A program made the position numbers and the translations under genes. The notes beneath the pieces were generated by a model that was not told where the DNA came from, made no database searches, and was given only the letters and a program-made list of their open reading frames with translations. A stretch of 48,201 nt of DNA from an uncultured Selenomonadaceae bacterium (GTDB taxonomy: Bacteria; Bacillota; Negativicutes; Selenomonadales; Selenomonadaceae): assembly GCA_945637225.1 (NCBI GenBank), contig CALZDE010000001.1:1-48201 (forward strand). The letters are read 5' to 3'. Of the stretch, positions 1-8,468 are shown piece by piece. How positions within the stretch are numbered: the stretch's first letter is position 1; the number at the start of each line of letters is the position of its first letter.

Positions 1-116
1 CTATCATATCACACCATTTCTCAAAAATCAAACATAATTTTATAATATTTTATAATATAATATTAACTGTTATTCAGCCTCTAAATAATTAAGGACTAAT
101 CACTGTCCGCAACAAA

Positions 117-1106
117 CTACGCCATCTTTAATAATGCTTCTAATAATTCTTCCTTGCTAATAGCATAAGTACCTAATTTACCTACTACTACGCCTGCTGC
201 CACATTTGACAAATAAGCGGCTTCACTGAAGCTCAAACCACCTACTACACCTGCTGCAAATACGGCTAATACCGTATCACCTGCACCTGATACATCAAAA
301 ACTTCCTGTGCTCTTGTTGGAATGTGTATTCTTTCCTCTTTGTTAATAAAACTTAAACCGCATTCTGAGCGGGTTGCTAAAACATTATTTATTGCATATT
401 TATGCATAATGTATTCAGCCGCTCTTTCAATTTGTGGATCTTTATTTTTTATAGGCTTAGGCTGAATCGCATTTGTTTCCTTGAAATTTGGTGTAATAAA
501 ATCAGCATTGCAGTATTTATCCCATTCCACACCCTTAGGATCGACAAAAACAGGTACATTAATACTATTGCACATTTCTATAATAGATGTACATACTTCT
601 TCTGTACATACGCCCTTGCCATAATCAGAAATAATTACGCCATCCATAGTATTAATGCACTGCTCAACATAATTTATCATACGCTGGGAATACACTTCAT
701 CCACAGGCTCAGTATCTTCAAAATCCAGTCTCAGCATCTGCTGGTGACCACCGATAATACGGGCCTTAGCAATGGTTGGTTTATCGCAATAAATGATACC
801 GCGGTAATCAATTCCCTTTTCGGTAAATTTATCCATTAAGCTCTGGCAATGGTAATCATTTCCCACAAAACCGGAAATAGCTGTCTGCACACCCAAAAGA
901 GAAAGATTATGTGCTACATTAGCCGCTCCGCCCATTGTTTCCTTTATATCTACGACACGGTTTACTGGTACAGGTGCTTCTGGAGAAATCCTGCTTACCT
1001 CTCCATAATAATATTTATCAAGCATTACATCTCCCACTACCAGAAGACGACAGCTTTTCATGCAGCCCTGCACAAACATTTTCAGCCGCTGCTTATCAAT
1101 ATTCAT
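117..1106 (-). CDS. hldA: D-glycero-beta-D-manno-heptose-7-phosphate kinase (RfaE domain I / HldA-type PfkB kinase), paralog 1
   Basis: N-terminal LLVVGDVMLDKYYYGEVSRISPEAPVPV and GGAANVAHNL match the RfaE kinase-domain signature. The C-terminal PfkB motif is DVSGAGDTV. The ATG at 1106 (second codon of the track ORF, whose first codon is TTG) lies 6 nt after AAGGAG. Confidence 0.8.
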   Translation of the reverse strand: MNIDKQRLKMFVQGCMKSCRLLVVGDVMLDKYYYGEVSRISPEAPVPVNRVVDIKETMGGAANVAHNLSLLGVQTAISGFVGNDYHCQSLMDKFTEKGIDYRGIIYCDKPTIAKARIIGGHQQMLRLDFEDTEPVDEVYSQRMINYVEQCINTMDGVIISDYGKGVCTEEVCTSIIEMCNSINVPVFVDPKGVEWDKYCNADFITPNFKETNAIQPKPIKNKDPQIERAAEYIMHKYAINNVLATRSECGLSFINKEERIHIPTRAQEVFDVSGAGDTVLAVFAAGVVGGLSFSEAAYLSNVAAGVVVGKLGTYAISKEELLEALLKMA

Positions 1107-1155
1107 CAAAATCTCCTTCTAACCTCTTAGCTTCCATAACCTATACTAAAATAAC

Positions 1156-2265
1156 TTACAATTCAATAACACGGCACTCATATTCACCATATACACGTGG
1201 TACATTACCAGCTAAATCCCCATATTCAGCTAATAATTCGTGTACATACTTCATTACTACGTCCACAGGAATATTTTTCATGCAAGCAAAATTTCCTTCA
1301 CCTTCTATTGGACAAATATGAATACCGCAAGGATGACATTTTTCTGGTGTTTTAATTAAAACATCCTTGGCATCATAAGGATAAAACCCCGGAACTGGTG
1401 AAGCACCAAACATGGTAACGATAGGAACATTCTGTGCTACGCCAACATGCATTGGTCCAGAATCCGTAGTTAAAAACAGAGCACATTTTTTTAAAGCCGC
1501 TCCTAATTCCGCTAAGGATAATTTTCCCGTAAATACAGTGTAATGGTCACTGTCCTTATGCTTCATCTTCCCAATACACTGCTCTACCATTTCTGTGTCC
1601 ATTGGGCCACCAAAAAAGGCTATTTCATATCCTTCATCTATGAGCTGATCTGCACATTCTGCAAAGTAACTGTCAAGCCATCTTTTAGTAGGCCAGCTGG
1701 CACCGATATTAAAGGCAATAACCTTGCTGTTTGGAGGAAAATTCTCCTTCCACAGCTTATCAGCAGTCCTTACAGCGTCGTCAGGAAGCCACATCTCGAG
1801 ACCGCCATCATCAATTTTTTCAATTCCGACAGCCTGCTCTAATACATCAAAATGAGAATGAATCTGGTGCTTTACTGCCTTTAAATTTGGCATAACCTTA
1901 TCAAAAAATAATGAAAAGCCCGGCTTACTGTAACCTACAATTTTCTTAGCACCACTAAAGGCAGCCAATGCAGAAGCTCTTTCATTTCTATGCAAATTAA
2001 TTACTAAATCAAAATTTTTCTTTCTTAAGCCAAAGATGAATTTTATAAAAGCAGGCATCTTATCATCAGTACCCTTTTTATCTATCAAAATGCATTCATC
2101 AATATGCTTATTATACTGCACTATATCAGCTAGTTTCTTATCTGCCAAAAGGGAAATTCTCGCTTTAGGATAATTTGCTCTAAGAGTACGTAATACCGGT
2201 GTAACCAGCATTAAATCACCTAAATGCATCAGATTTATAACTAAAATATTCTCATAATTATTCAT
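1156..2265 (-). CDS. Glycosyltransferase family 9 (ADP-heptose:LPS heptosyltransferase, WaaF/other-like)
   Basis: N-terminal ILVINLMHLGDLMLVTPVLRTLRANYP and C-terminal LFLTTDSGPMHVGVA are GT9 hallmarks. The track start is TTG. The in-frame ATG at 2265 has GAGG 6 nt upstream, just after the stop of the preceding gene. Confidence 0.75.
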   Translation of the reverse strand: MNNYENILVINLMHLGDLMLVTPVLRTLRANYPKARISLLADKKLADIVQYNKHIDECILIDKKGTDDKMPAFIKFIFGLRKKNFDLVINLHRNERASALAAFSGAKKIVGYSKPGFSLFFDKVMPNLKAVKHQIHSHFDVLEQAVGIEKIDDGGLEMWLPDDAVRTADKLWKENFPPNSKVIAFNIGASWPTKRWLDSYFAECADQLIDEGYEIAFFGGPMDTEMVEQCIGKMKHKDSDHYTVFTGKLSLAELGAALKKCALFLTTDSGPMHVGVAQNVPIVTMFGASPVPGFYPYDAKDVLIKTPEKCHPCGIHICPIEGEGNFACMKNIPVDVVMKYVHELLAEYGDLAGNVPRVYGEYECRVIEL

Positions 2266-2281
2266 AAGCCGCCTCAATAAA

Positions 2282-3298
2282 TTACAGTAATTTTTCTAAC
2301 TTTTCAATAACCTGTTTAACTGAAATCTTTGCTAAACAGTCCTCACCCTTAGGACAGGCACGTTTCCAGCAATATTTGCAGTCATGGTCTGCTTCGATAG
2401 CATTTTCTAACTGTCCGTAAGGGCCATTTCTGTTGGCATCTGTTGGTCCCATCAGCATAACAGTCTTAGTGCCGATACCAGCAGAAAGATGAACAGGGCC
2501 TGTGTCACCGCCTATAACTGCCTTAGCGTTCTGGATTACATAAGCCAGCTGTTTTAATGAGGTTTTTCCTACTAAATTAATTGGCGGAATTTCCACATAA
2601 CTGTTAATTTCTCCTGCAGTAGCCTCGTCCACAGCACCGCCACCGATAATAACCGGAATAATTCCCTTGTCATATAACCAGTCACTTAATTCAGCAAAAT
2701 ATTTCGCTGGCCATCTCTTATTAGGCCAATTTGCACCAATAGCGAAAACCATGTAAGGATTTTCCATATTTGCACCGCACTGAGCCATGACCTTTTTCGC
2801 TATATCTGCGTCTCTATCTGAAACCACCATAGGGAAAACAACCTTATTTACCTTGCAGCCTAGTTCCCTTGCTACATCAAGATAACGTTCTACGATATGA
2901 CCATTAGCGTGAGGTCCTACCACTGGCCTGCTGACCTTGTCGCTCATTTCACGCATATTGCAGGTGCCTAAACGTACAGGTGCATTAGATAAATAAGCAA
3001 TTGAAGCGGATTTAAAAAGTCCCTGCAAATCCAAAGCCGCATCATAGGAATGTGCCTGTATTTTTTTCTTAAAAGGACCTACATTCTCAAAAAAACCGCC
3101 TAATGACTTAAATTTCTTTTTTTCAAAAATAAGAATTTCGTCTATATACGGATTATCCCGTAAAATATCGTAAGCAGGCGGTTCTACTACCCATGTAAGT
3201 CTCGCTTCTGGAAAGGTTTCCTTAATAGCATAGGAAACAGGCAAAGCGTGAATAACATCGCCAATCGCACTTAATTTTACAACTAATATATCCTTCAT
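2282..3298 (-). CDS. Glycosyltransferase family 9 (heptosyltransferase, WaaC-like N-terminus)
   Basis: ILVVKLSAIGDVIHALPV (K-x-S-x-x-GD-x-x-H-x-LP as in WaaC) and VIGGDTGPVHLSAGIG. The track start is GTG. The ATG at 3298 is preceded by GAGGG with 8-nt spacing. Confidence 0.75.
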   Translation of the reverse strand: MKDILVVKLSAIGDVIHALPVSYAIKETFPEARLTWVVEPPAYDILRDNPYIDEILIFEKKKFKSLGGFFENVGPFKKKIQAHSYDAALDLQGLFKSASIAYLSNAPVRLGTCNMREMSDKVSRPVVGPHANGHIVERYLDVARELGCKVNKVVFPMVVSDRDADIAKKVMAQCGANMENPYMVFAIGANWPNKRWPAKYFAELSDWLYDKGIIPVIIGGGAVDEATAGEINSYVEIPPINLVGKTSLKQLAYVIQNAKAVIGGDTGPVHLSAGIGTKTVMLMGPTDANRNGPYGQLENAIEADHDCKYCWKRACPKGEDCLAKISVKQVIEKLEKLL

Positions 3299-3327
3299 AA
3301 AGGCAACCCTCTCCACTTACTTTCGGC

Positions 3328-3792
3328 TTACTGTGCCTGAATTTTCTTGATGACATTTGTCGTAGAACGACCTTCAACCAGTTTTACCAGCTCTACCTGA
3401 CCACCGTAGCCAAGAACAATCTGTCCCTCTGGCAGAGTCTCAATTGTATAATCTCCGCCCTTGACATAAACATCAGGATGAACCTTCTTGATTAATTCCT
3501 CTGCTGTCCGCTCACCAAAAAGCACTACATAATCCACACAGCCTAATGCATCTACAACTTCTGCCCTGTCTGCCTCACAGTTAATCGGTCTGTCCGGTCC
3601 CTTAAAGGAACGCACTGACGCATCTGTATTAATGCCTAAGACCAGACAGTCACCAAAGGAACGGGCAGTATTCAGATAACGTACATGACCTGCATGAAGA
3701 ATGTCAAAACAGCCGTTAGTAAAAACTACTTTTTTACCGCCAGCCCGCAAAATTTCACATAATTTTTCTATATTTTCGGAAGCTACAATCAT
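3328..3792 (-). CDS. hldC: D-glycero-beta-D-manno-heptose-1-phosphate adenylyltransferase (RfaE domain II, stand-alone)
   Basis: 154 aa. Cytidylyltransferase motif VVFTNGCFDILHAGHVRYL. Size and context are typical of split HldC. GAGG lies 7 nt upstream of the ATG. Confidence 0.85.
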   Translation of the reverse strand: MIVASENIEKLCEILRAGGKKVVFTNGCFDILHAGHVRYLNTARSFGDCLVLGINTDASVRSFKGPDRPINCEADRAEVVDALGCVDYVVLFGERTAEELIKKVHPDVYVKGGDYTIETLPEGQIVLGYGGQVELVKLVEGRSTTNVIKKIQAQ

Positions 3793-3831
3793 TTTATCGC
3801 CTCATAATTCTATTTTTTCCAAATCTGATTT

Positions 3832-4827
3832 CTAAAAATTCTTTTTTACGGTATTTCTCAGCTCATCAGCAGTCACTACCGCAGTACCAAGCTTACGGAC
3901 TGCTATGCCTGCCGCTATATTGGAAAGCTTTGCCGCCTCAGCTGGCTCTACACCTGCCGCTAATGCAAGTATCATCGTAGCTACACAGGTATCACCAGCA
4001 CCGGAAACATCGAAAACCTCGCTCTTGTCAGAAACTGGGATTTCATGGATAGCACCATCAGCTTCAAAAAGCATCATGCCCTCCTCGCCCAAGGTAATCA
4101 GTATTCCCTTAGCCTCCATTTTTTCCAAAAGCTCCCTGCCAGCTCGGATAATATCTTCCTTGCTATCCAAATCATAGCCTACTGCCGCCCCTGCTTCGGC
4201 ATCGTTCTGCTTCACATAATCGACACCTTTAAATGAAAGCACGTCATAGCGTGAATCTACAATAGAAGGAATATTATGTTCACGGCAATAATTCAAAATC
4301 TGTTTTCTTATTTTTTCATTAACGGTACCAGAACCATAATCACTGAGGACTACACCACGAACCTCTGGCAAAATTTTAACAAGATTTTCTGACAGCTCTG
4401 ACAGTATTTCATCATCTAACGGTTCACGCCATTCCTTATCTATACGGACAATCTGCTGACTTACGGTAGTACGTCCGCCGGCAATTACCCTAGTCTTAGA
4501 AATAGTAGCATGCTTTTCATCGGTAAGCATAGCTGAAGTATCGACACCACGGCCATGCAAAATATCCTTTAATCCCTGAGCACCTGTATCATCACCCACG
4601 ATACCAGCAGAAAAAACCCTGCCACCTAAGGTAGCCGCATTATTTACTACATTGGCAGCACCGCCAGCTACTACCCGTTCATTTCCCTGCTCCAGCACTA
4701 AGACTGGTGCCTCACGTGATATACGGGAAATAGTACAGCCCAGATAAATATCTGCAATCATATCACCTATAACCAGAACTGGGCTTCCCTGCATTTTATC
4801 TATTACATTCAATAACTCCTGACTCAT
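3832..4827 (-). CDS. PfkB-family sugar kinase of the RfaE/HldA type, divergent paralog 2
   Basis: VLVIGDMIADIYLGCTISRISREAPVLV, GGAANVVNNAATLGG and DVSGAGDTCVA. The architecture matches the 117-1106 gene but the sequence is clearly diverged. A GAGGTGG SD is present. Confidence 0.7.
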   Translation of the reverse strand: MSQELLNVIDKMQGSPVLVIGDMIADIYLGCTISRISREAPVLVLEQGNERVVAGGAANVVNNAATLGGRVFSAGIVGDDTGAQGLKDILHGRGVDTSAMLTDEKHATISKTRVIAGGRTTVSQQIVRIDKEWREPLDDEILSELSENLVKILPEVRGVVLSDYGSGTVNEKIRKQILNYCREHNIPSIVDSRYDVLSFKGVDYVKQNDAEAGAAVGYDLDSKEDIIRAGRELLEKMEAKGILITLGEEGMMLFEADGAIHEIPVSDKSEVFDVSGAGDTCVATMILALAAGVEPAEAAKLSNIAAGIAVRKLGTAVVTADELRNTVKKNF

Positions 4828-4840
4828 AATCCACCTCTAA

Positions 4841-6406
4841 TTACCATGGTGTGAACTGGAATGACACGCTCCATGAATGCCTCTTTGCACGGTATCTCGT
4901 AATAAGCTCCGCACAATGCAGCTGATAGAACCAGTAATAATCAATATCTGCTACACGGCGGCCATCTAAATCCCACTTGCAGCCTACCACAAATCTGTTT
5001 CGGTTATCCATACGATAGCTTAATCCGAAATTAAACTTACGGGAAAAACTATCTGTATCAAAGTCAATCATTCTATTTGTACTGTTACTCTGACTGTATG
5101 CATACTCAAAATAATTTGCCCATTTCATATCATACTCTTTAAAGAACAGCAGATTATAGTCAAAGCCTGTCGAACGTGTATCCACATGCTGACTGCCTAC
5201 ATTACCTGATTCATCTACTATACTGTAGCTGGTAGAAGGACTAAAACTCCATGTTCCCATCCTTATAGGGTCCATGGACAGACCAACCTTATAAGATATA
5301 TGACTAGCATGAACATTATTCTGATGCCAGATACCATGCTCATATTCTAAAGACCAGTGAAAATGACTGTCCGCAATGCGGTGAGCATAATTATACTTCA
5401 GAGTAGGTCCCTTGCGTACCCAAATGTTATTTGAGTCCTCAAACATACCAGTATAAACCCTAAAGGTACCCATTGCCTTTGTATCCCATGAAATACCGCC
5501 GTCTGCCTTAAGTCCCTTTTTGGTATAGTATGTCCCATTTATATCGGCATTGACTCTGTCCGCAATGTTATAGGATGCACTGTCAGATATCCAAATACCA
5601 TCAGAGTTTTTATAGCCTGCTTTTGGCATGTGAGGCATACTTTCCTTATTAGGATCTACAACTTCCTTAGAGCTTTGATATACTACGATATTTCCTAAAT
5701 AATACTTTACCTTGTAGGCAATCATGCGTCCATCAGGATAAATCTCTATACGTTCTGCCTGCATACGGTAATCAGGATGCTCTGACGAGCACTTAGTAGC
5801 ATGTCCTTCATATATAACAATCAGATCAGGGTACAGCTCCACTCTCTTCGCCTTGATGTACTTATTGCCAGCCTTGCCATGTGCCTCTTCCATCTTGCCC
5901 AAGCCACGGGTATAATCATATTGTGTCTTGTAGCCAGTAAGTATAATGCGCATTTGGTCAGGTGTCATCTGCAAAAGACGTGCCTTTCCTTCTACGTCTA
6001 CGGTTGACTCCTTAATATTACCGGTTAATTCCTCTGTCTTTAAACGGCGGCTGTCCAAGGTAGTCAGCTGAACATTACCATTAACAACTACGTCACCTGT
6101 AGCCTGATCATAGAACATATCCTCGCCTTCGATGGCAATAGGAACATTCTTAGTCGGATCAAGAGGATTTCTCAGCTCCTGTCTCATCTTATAAGCATCA
6201 TCCAAAAGCTGTTTCTGTTCATCAGTAACGATATTTTCTCTGGCTATGCGGTCACGATGCTCAATATAATCCAAAATCTCAGCATGAGTATCAGAATCCG
6301 ATTGATATACGGCCGCCTCTGCTGCTTTTTCCTGTATCACCTGTGGCAAAAGCCCCACCGCCATCATAATACCGGAGCATAACATAGTCATAAAATTCTT
6401 GTTCAT
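4841..6406 (-). CDS. lptD: LPS-assembly outer-membrane protein LptD (OstA family), compact form
   Basis: Signal-like N-terminus (MLCSGIMMAVGLL). OstA-N-like IAIEGEDMFYDQATGDVVVNGNVQLT. LptD-like HATKCSSEHPDYRMQAERIEIYPDGRMIAYKVKYYLGNIVVY. Beta-strand-rich C-half ending in the aromatic OMP terminus SFQFTPW. Confidence 0.65.
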   Translation of the reverse strand: MNKNFMTMLCSGIMMAVGLLPQVIQEKAAEAAVYQSDSDTHAEILDYIEHRDRIARENIVTDEQKQLLDDAYKMRQELRNPLDPTKNVPIAIEGEDMFYDQATGDVVVNGNVQLTTLDSRRLKTEELTGNIKESTVDVEGKARLLQMTPDQMRIILTGYKTQYDYTRGLGKMEEAHGKAGNKYIKAKRVELYPDLIVIYEGHATKCSSEHPDYRMQAERIEIYPDGRMIAYKVKYYLGNIVVYQSSKEVVDPNKESMPHMPKAGYKNSDGIWISDSASYNIADRVNADINGTYYTKKGLKADGGISWDTKAMGTFRVYTGMFEDSNNIWVRKGPTLKYNYAHRIADSHFHWSLEYEHGIWHQNNVHASHISYKVGLSMDPIRMGTWSFSPSTSYSIVDESGNVGSQHVDTRSTGFDYNLLFFKEYDMKWANYFEYAYSQSNSTNRMIDFDTDSFSRKFNFGLSYRMDNRNRFVVGCKWDLDGRRVADIDYYWFYQLHCAELITRYRAKRHSWSVSFQFTPW

Positions 6407-6621
6407 AAACTATACCCTCTATACATTAATTCATTCTAAACTTTTACATAATATATAATACTTCAAAATAGCAAAAAAAACAAGCGTTTATTTAGATTAT
6501 CTATTAAATGAAGAAATTCTTTCATTTTCATTCACTACAATGCACAATGCACCACCATTTTCTGACTTCTTTTTGTTTTTTACGATAATTTTTGACTGAT
6601 TTATAAAATTACATTTAAAAA

Positions 6622-6649
6622 TTTTCAAAAAATTTACTATTTTTGAAAA
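6622..6649. promoter_or_regulatory. Perfect 10-bp inverted repeat (TTTTCAAAAA-N8-TTTTTGAAAA), candidate operator upstream of the fruR promoter
   Basis: Arms at 6622-6631 and 6640-6649 are exact reverse complements. The right arm ends 7 nt before the -35 hexamer. The sequence is AT-only, so chance occurrence is not negligible. Confidence 0.3.
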
Positions 6650-6656
6650 AAAATGC

Positions 6657-6685
6657 TTGATTTTGAAAGAATGTTGTGCTATAAT
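6657..6685 (+). promoter_or_regulatory. Sigma-70-type promoter of the fruR-fruK-fruA operon
   Basis: TTGATT (6657-6662), 17-nt spacer, then extended -10 TGcTATAAT (6677-6685). This lies about 28 nt upstream of the fruR ATG with AAAAGAGGTG between. Confidence 0.55.
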
Positions 6686-6712
6686 CATAATCAGAAAAGA
6701 GGTGTTAGGTCC

Positions 6713-7462
6713 ATGCTCACCGAAGAACGATATAGTATTATACTTAACTACCTAGCTGAGAAGAAAGTCGCTACCATCGCAGAACTGACTGCCCTGCTGG
6801 ATTCGTCTGATTCCACAGTGCGCCGTGACCTGCATGCCCTTAATCGTATGGGAAAATTATGCAAGGTACATGGCGGAGCAACTGCAGTAGAGAATAACTA
6901 TCTCAGCCGTGAAGATGATGTACTTACCAAAAAGGACATGTACATCTATGAAAAAAAGCTAGTAGCTAAATATGCTGCCTCCCTTATAGAACCTGAAGAT
7001 TTTGTCTATTTGGATGCAGGAACTACTACCTTGCAGATGATTGACTATATGACGGAAAACAGAGCTACGTATGTTACCAACGGTATTCAGCATGCGGCCA
7101 GGCTCACCGCCAAAGGCTTCAATACATACATCCTCGGTGGCAGGCTAAAGGCTACTACCGAAGCTGTTATAGGTACAGAGGCTATACGTCATCTGAGCTT
7201 CACAAATTTCAACAAAGGCTTTTTCGGCAGTAACGGCATAAGCATAAAAGCTGGTTTTGCTACTGTAGATTTCAGCGAAGCTAACGTGAAAAGAGAAGCC
7301 TTCAGCCGTTGTCGTCAGCGTTATGTGCTGGCTGACAGTTCCAAGTTCAAGCGTATTTTTCCAGTTTCCTTTGCTAAGCTGGAGGATGCAACCATCATCA
7401 CTGATATGCTCACAGATCCTAAATACCGCGAACTTACAACAGTTATTGAGGTGAATAGCTAA
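6713..7462 (+). CDS. fruR: DeoR-family transcriptional repressor of the fructose operon
   Basis: N-terminal wHTH EERYSIILNYLAEKKVATIAELTALLDSSDSTVRRDLHAL plus a DeoR C-terminal sugar-phosphate sensor domain. The start is placed at Met21 of the track ORF (ATG 6713, GAGGTG upstream). The upstream extension overlaps the promoter. Confidence 0.85.
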   Translation: MLTEERYSIILNYLAEKKVATIAELTALLDSSDSTVRRDLHALNRMGKLCKVHGGATAVENNYLSREDDVLTKKDMYIYEKKLVAKYAASLIEPEDFVYLDAGTTTLQMIDYMTENRATYVTNGIQHAARLTAKGFNTYILGGRLKATTEAVIGTEAIRHLSFTNFNKGFFGSNGISIKAGFATVDFSEANVKREAFSRCRQRYVLADSSKFKRIFPVSFAKLEDATIITDMLTDPKYRELTTVIEVNS

Positions 7463-7463
7463 A

Positions 7464-8375
7464 ATGATTTACACAGTTACTTTTAATCCATCCCTGGATT
7501 ACATCATCCGTTTAGACAAGTTTACAGCTGGTGCTATTAACCGTACTCGTTACGAGCAGATTTTAGGCGGTGGCAAGGGTATCAATGTATCAATTGTTTT
7601 AAAGAATCTTGGTCATGACAGTGTAGCTTTAGGTTTTACTGCTGGCTTTACTGGCGAAGAAATCAAGAGACAGCTTGCAGAATTTGGCGTTAAGAACGAT
7701 TTTGTTCAGCTGAAGGAAGGCAATTCCCGTATCAATGTAAAGGTAAAGGCTGACGAAGAAACTGAAATCAATGGTCAGGGTCCAGTTATTACTGAAGAAG
7801 CTCAGGCTCAGCTCTTCGCTCAGTTAGATAAATTAGAGGAAAATGATACTCTGGTTCTGGCAGGAAGTATTCCTAACACCCTTCCTGATGATATTTATCA
7901 GCGTATTATGGATCGTCTGGCTGGCCGTGGCATTCGCATTGTAGTAGATGCAACTAAGAATCTTCTGCTGAATGTACTGCCATATCACCCATTCCTCATT
8001 AAGCCAAATAATCATGAATTAGGTGAAATGTTTGGCGTAGTGCTGAAGAATGATGAAGAGATTATCGCTCATGCTAAGAAGCTTCAGGAAAAGGGCGCCC
8101 GCAACGTACTTATTTCCATGGCTGGTGACGGTGCAATTCTCCTGACTGAAAATGGTCAGACCTACAAATGCCCAGCTCCAAAGGGTACTTTGGTAAATTC
8201 TGTCGGCGCTGGCGATTCTATGGTAGCAGGCTTTATCTGTGGCCTCAACGAGACAGGTTCTTATGAACGTGCTTTCTTAATGGGTGTTTCCACCGGTTCT
8301 GCTTCCGCTTTCTCCGAGAATTTAGCTACCCGTGCTGAAGCTGATGCACTGCTGGCTACTATTTCCGCTGAGTAA
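7464..8375 (+). CDS. fruK: 1-phosphofructokinase
   Basis: MIYTVTFNPSLDY, GGKGINVS and NSVGAGDSMVAGF are PfkB/FruK motifs. It starts 1 nt after the fruR stop. Confidence 0.9.
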   Translation: MIYTVTFNPSLDYIIRLDKFTAGAINRTRYEQILGGGKGINVSIVLKNLGHDSVALGFTAGFTGEEIKRQLAEFGVKNDFVQLKEGNSRINVKVKADEETEINGQGPVITEEAQAQLFAQLDKLEENDTLVLAGSIPNTLPDDIYQRIMDRLAGRGIRIVVDATKNLLLNVLPYHPFLIKPNNHELGEMFGVVLKNDEEIIAHAKKLQEKGARNVLISMAGDGAILLTENGQTYKCPAPKGTLVNSVGAGDSMVAGFICGLNETGSYERAFLMGVSTGSASAFSENLATRAEADALLATISAE

Positions 8376-8468
8376 GCAAAACAAATTTTGTCAGTATTTA
8401 TTTTAATATATACTATGTTGTCTATGTAATTATTATGTTTTTTTGAGAGAATAAGGAGTGAATGATCA

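Noticed and set aside
6497-6688. 63-aa minus-strand ORF in the lptD/fruR intergenic region
   Set aside because: It is an AT-rich, Lys/Asn/Ile/Phe-dominated peptide with no SD, and it overlaps the fruR promoter. It is most likely non-coding.
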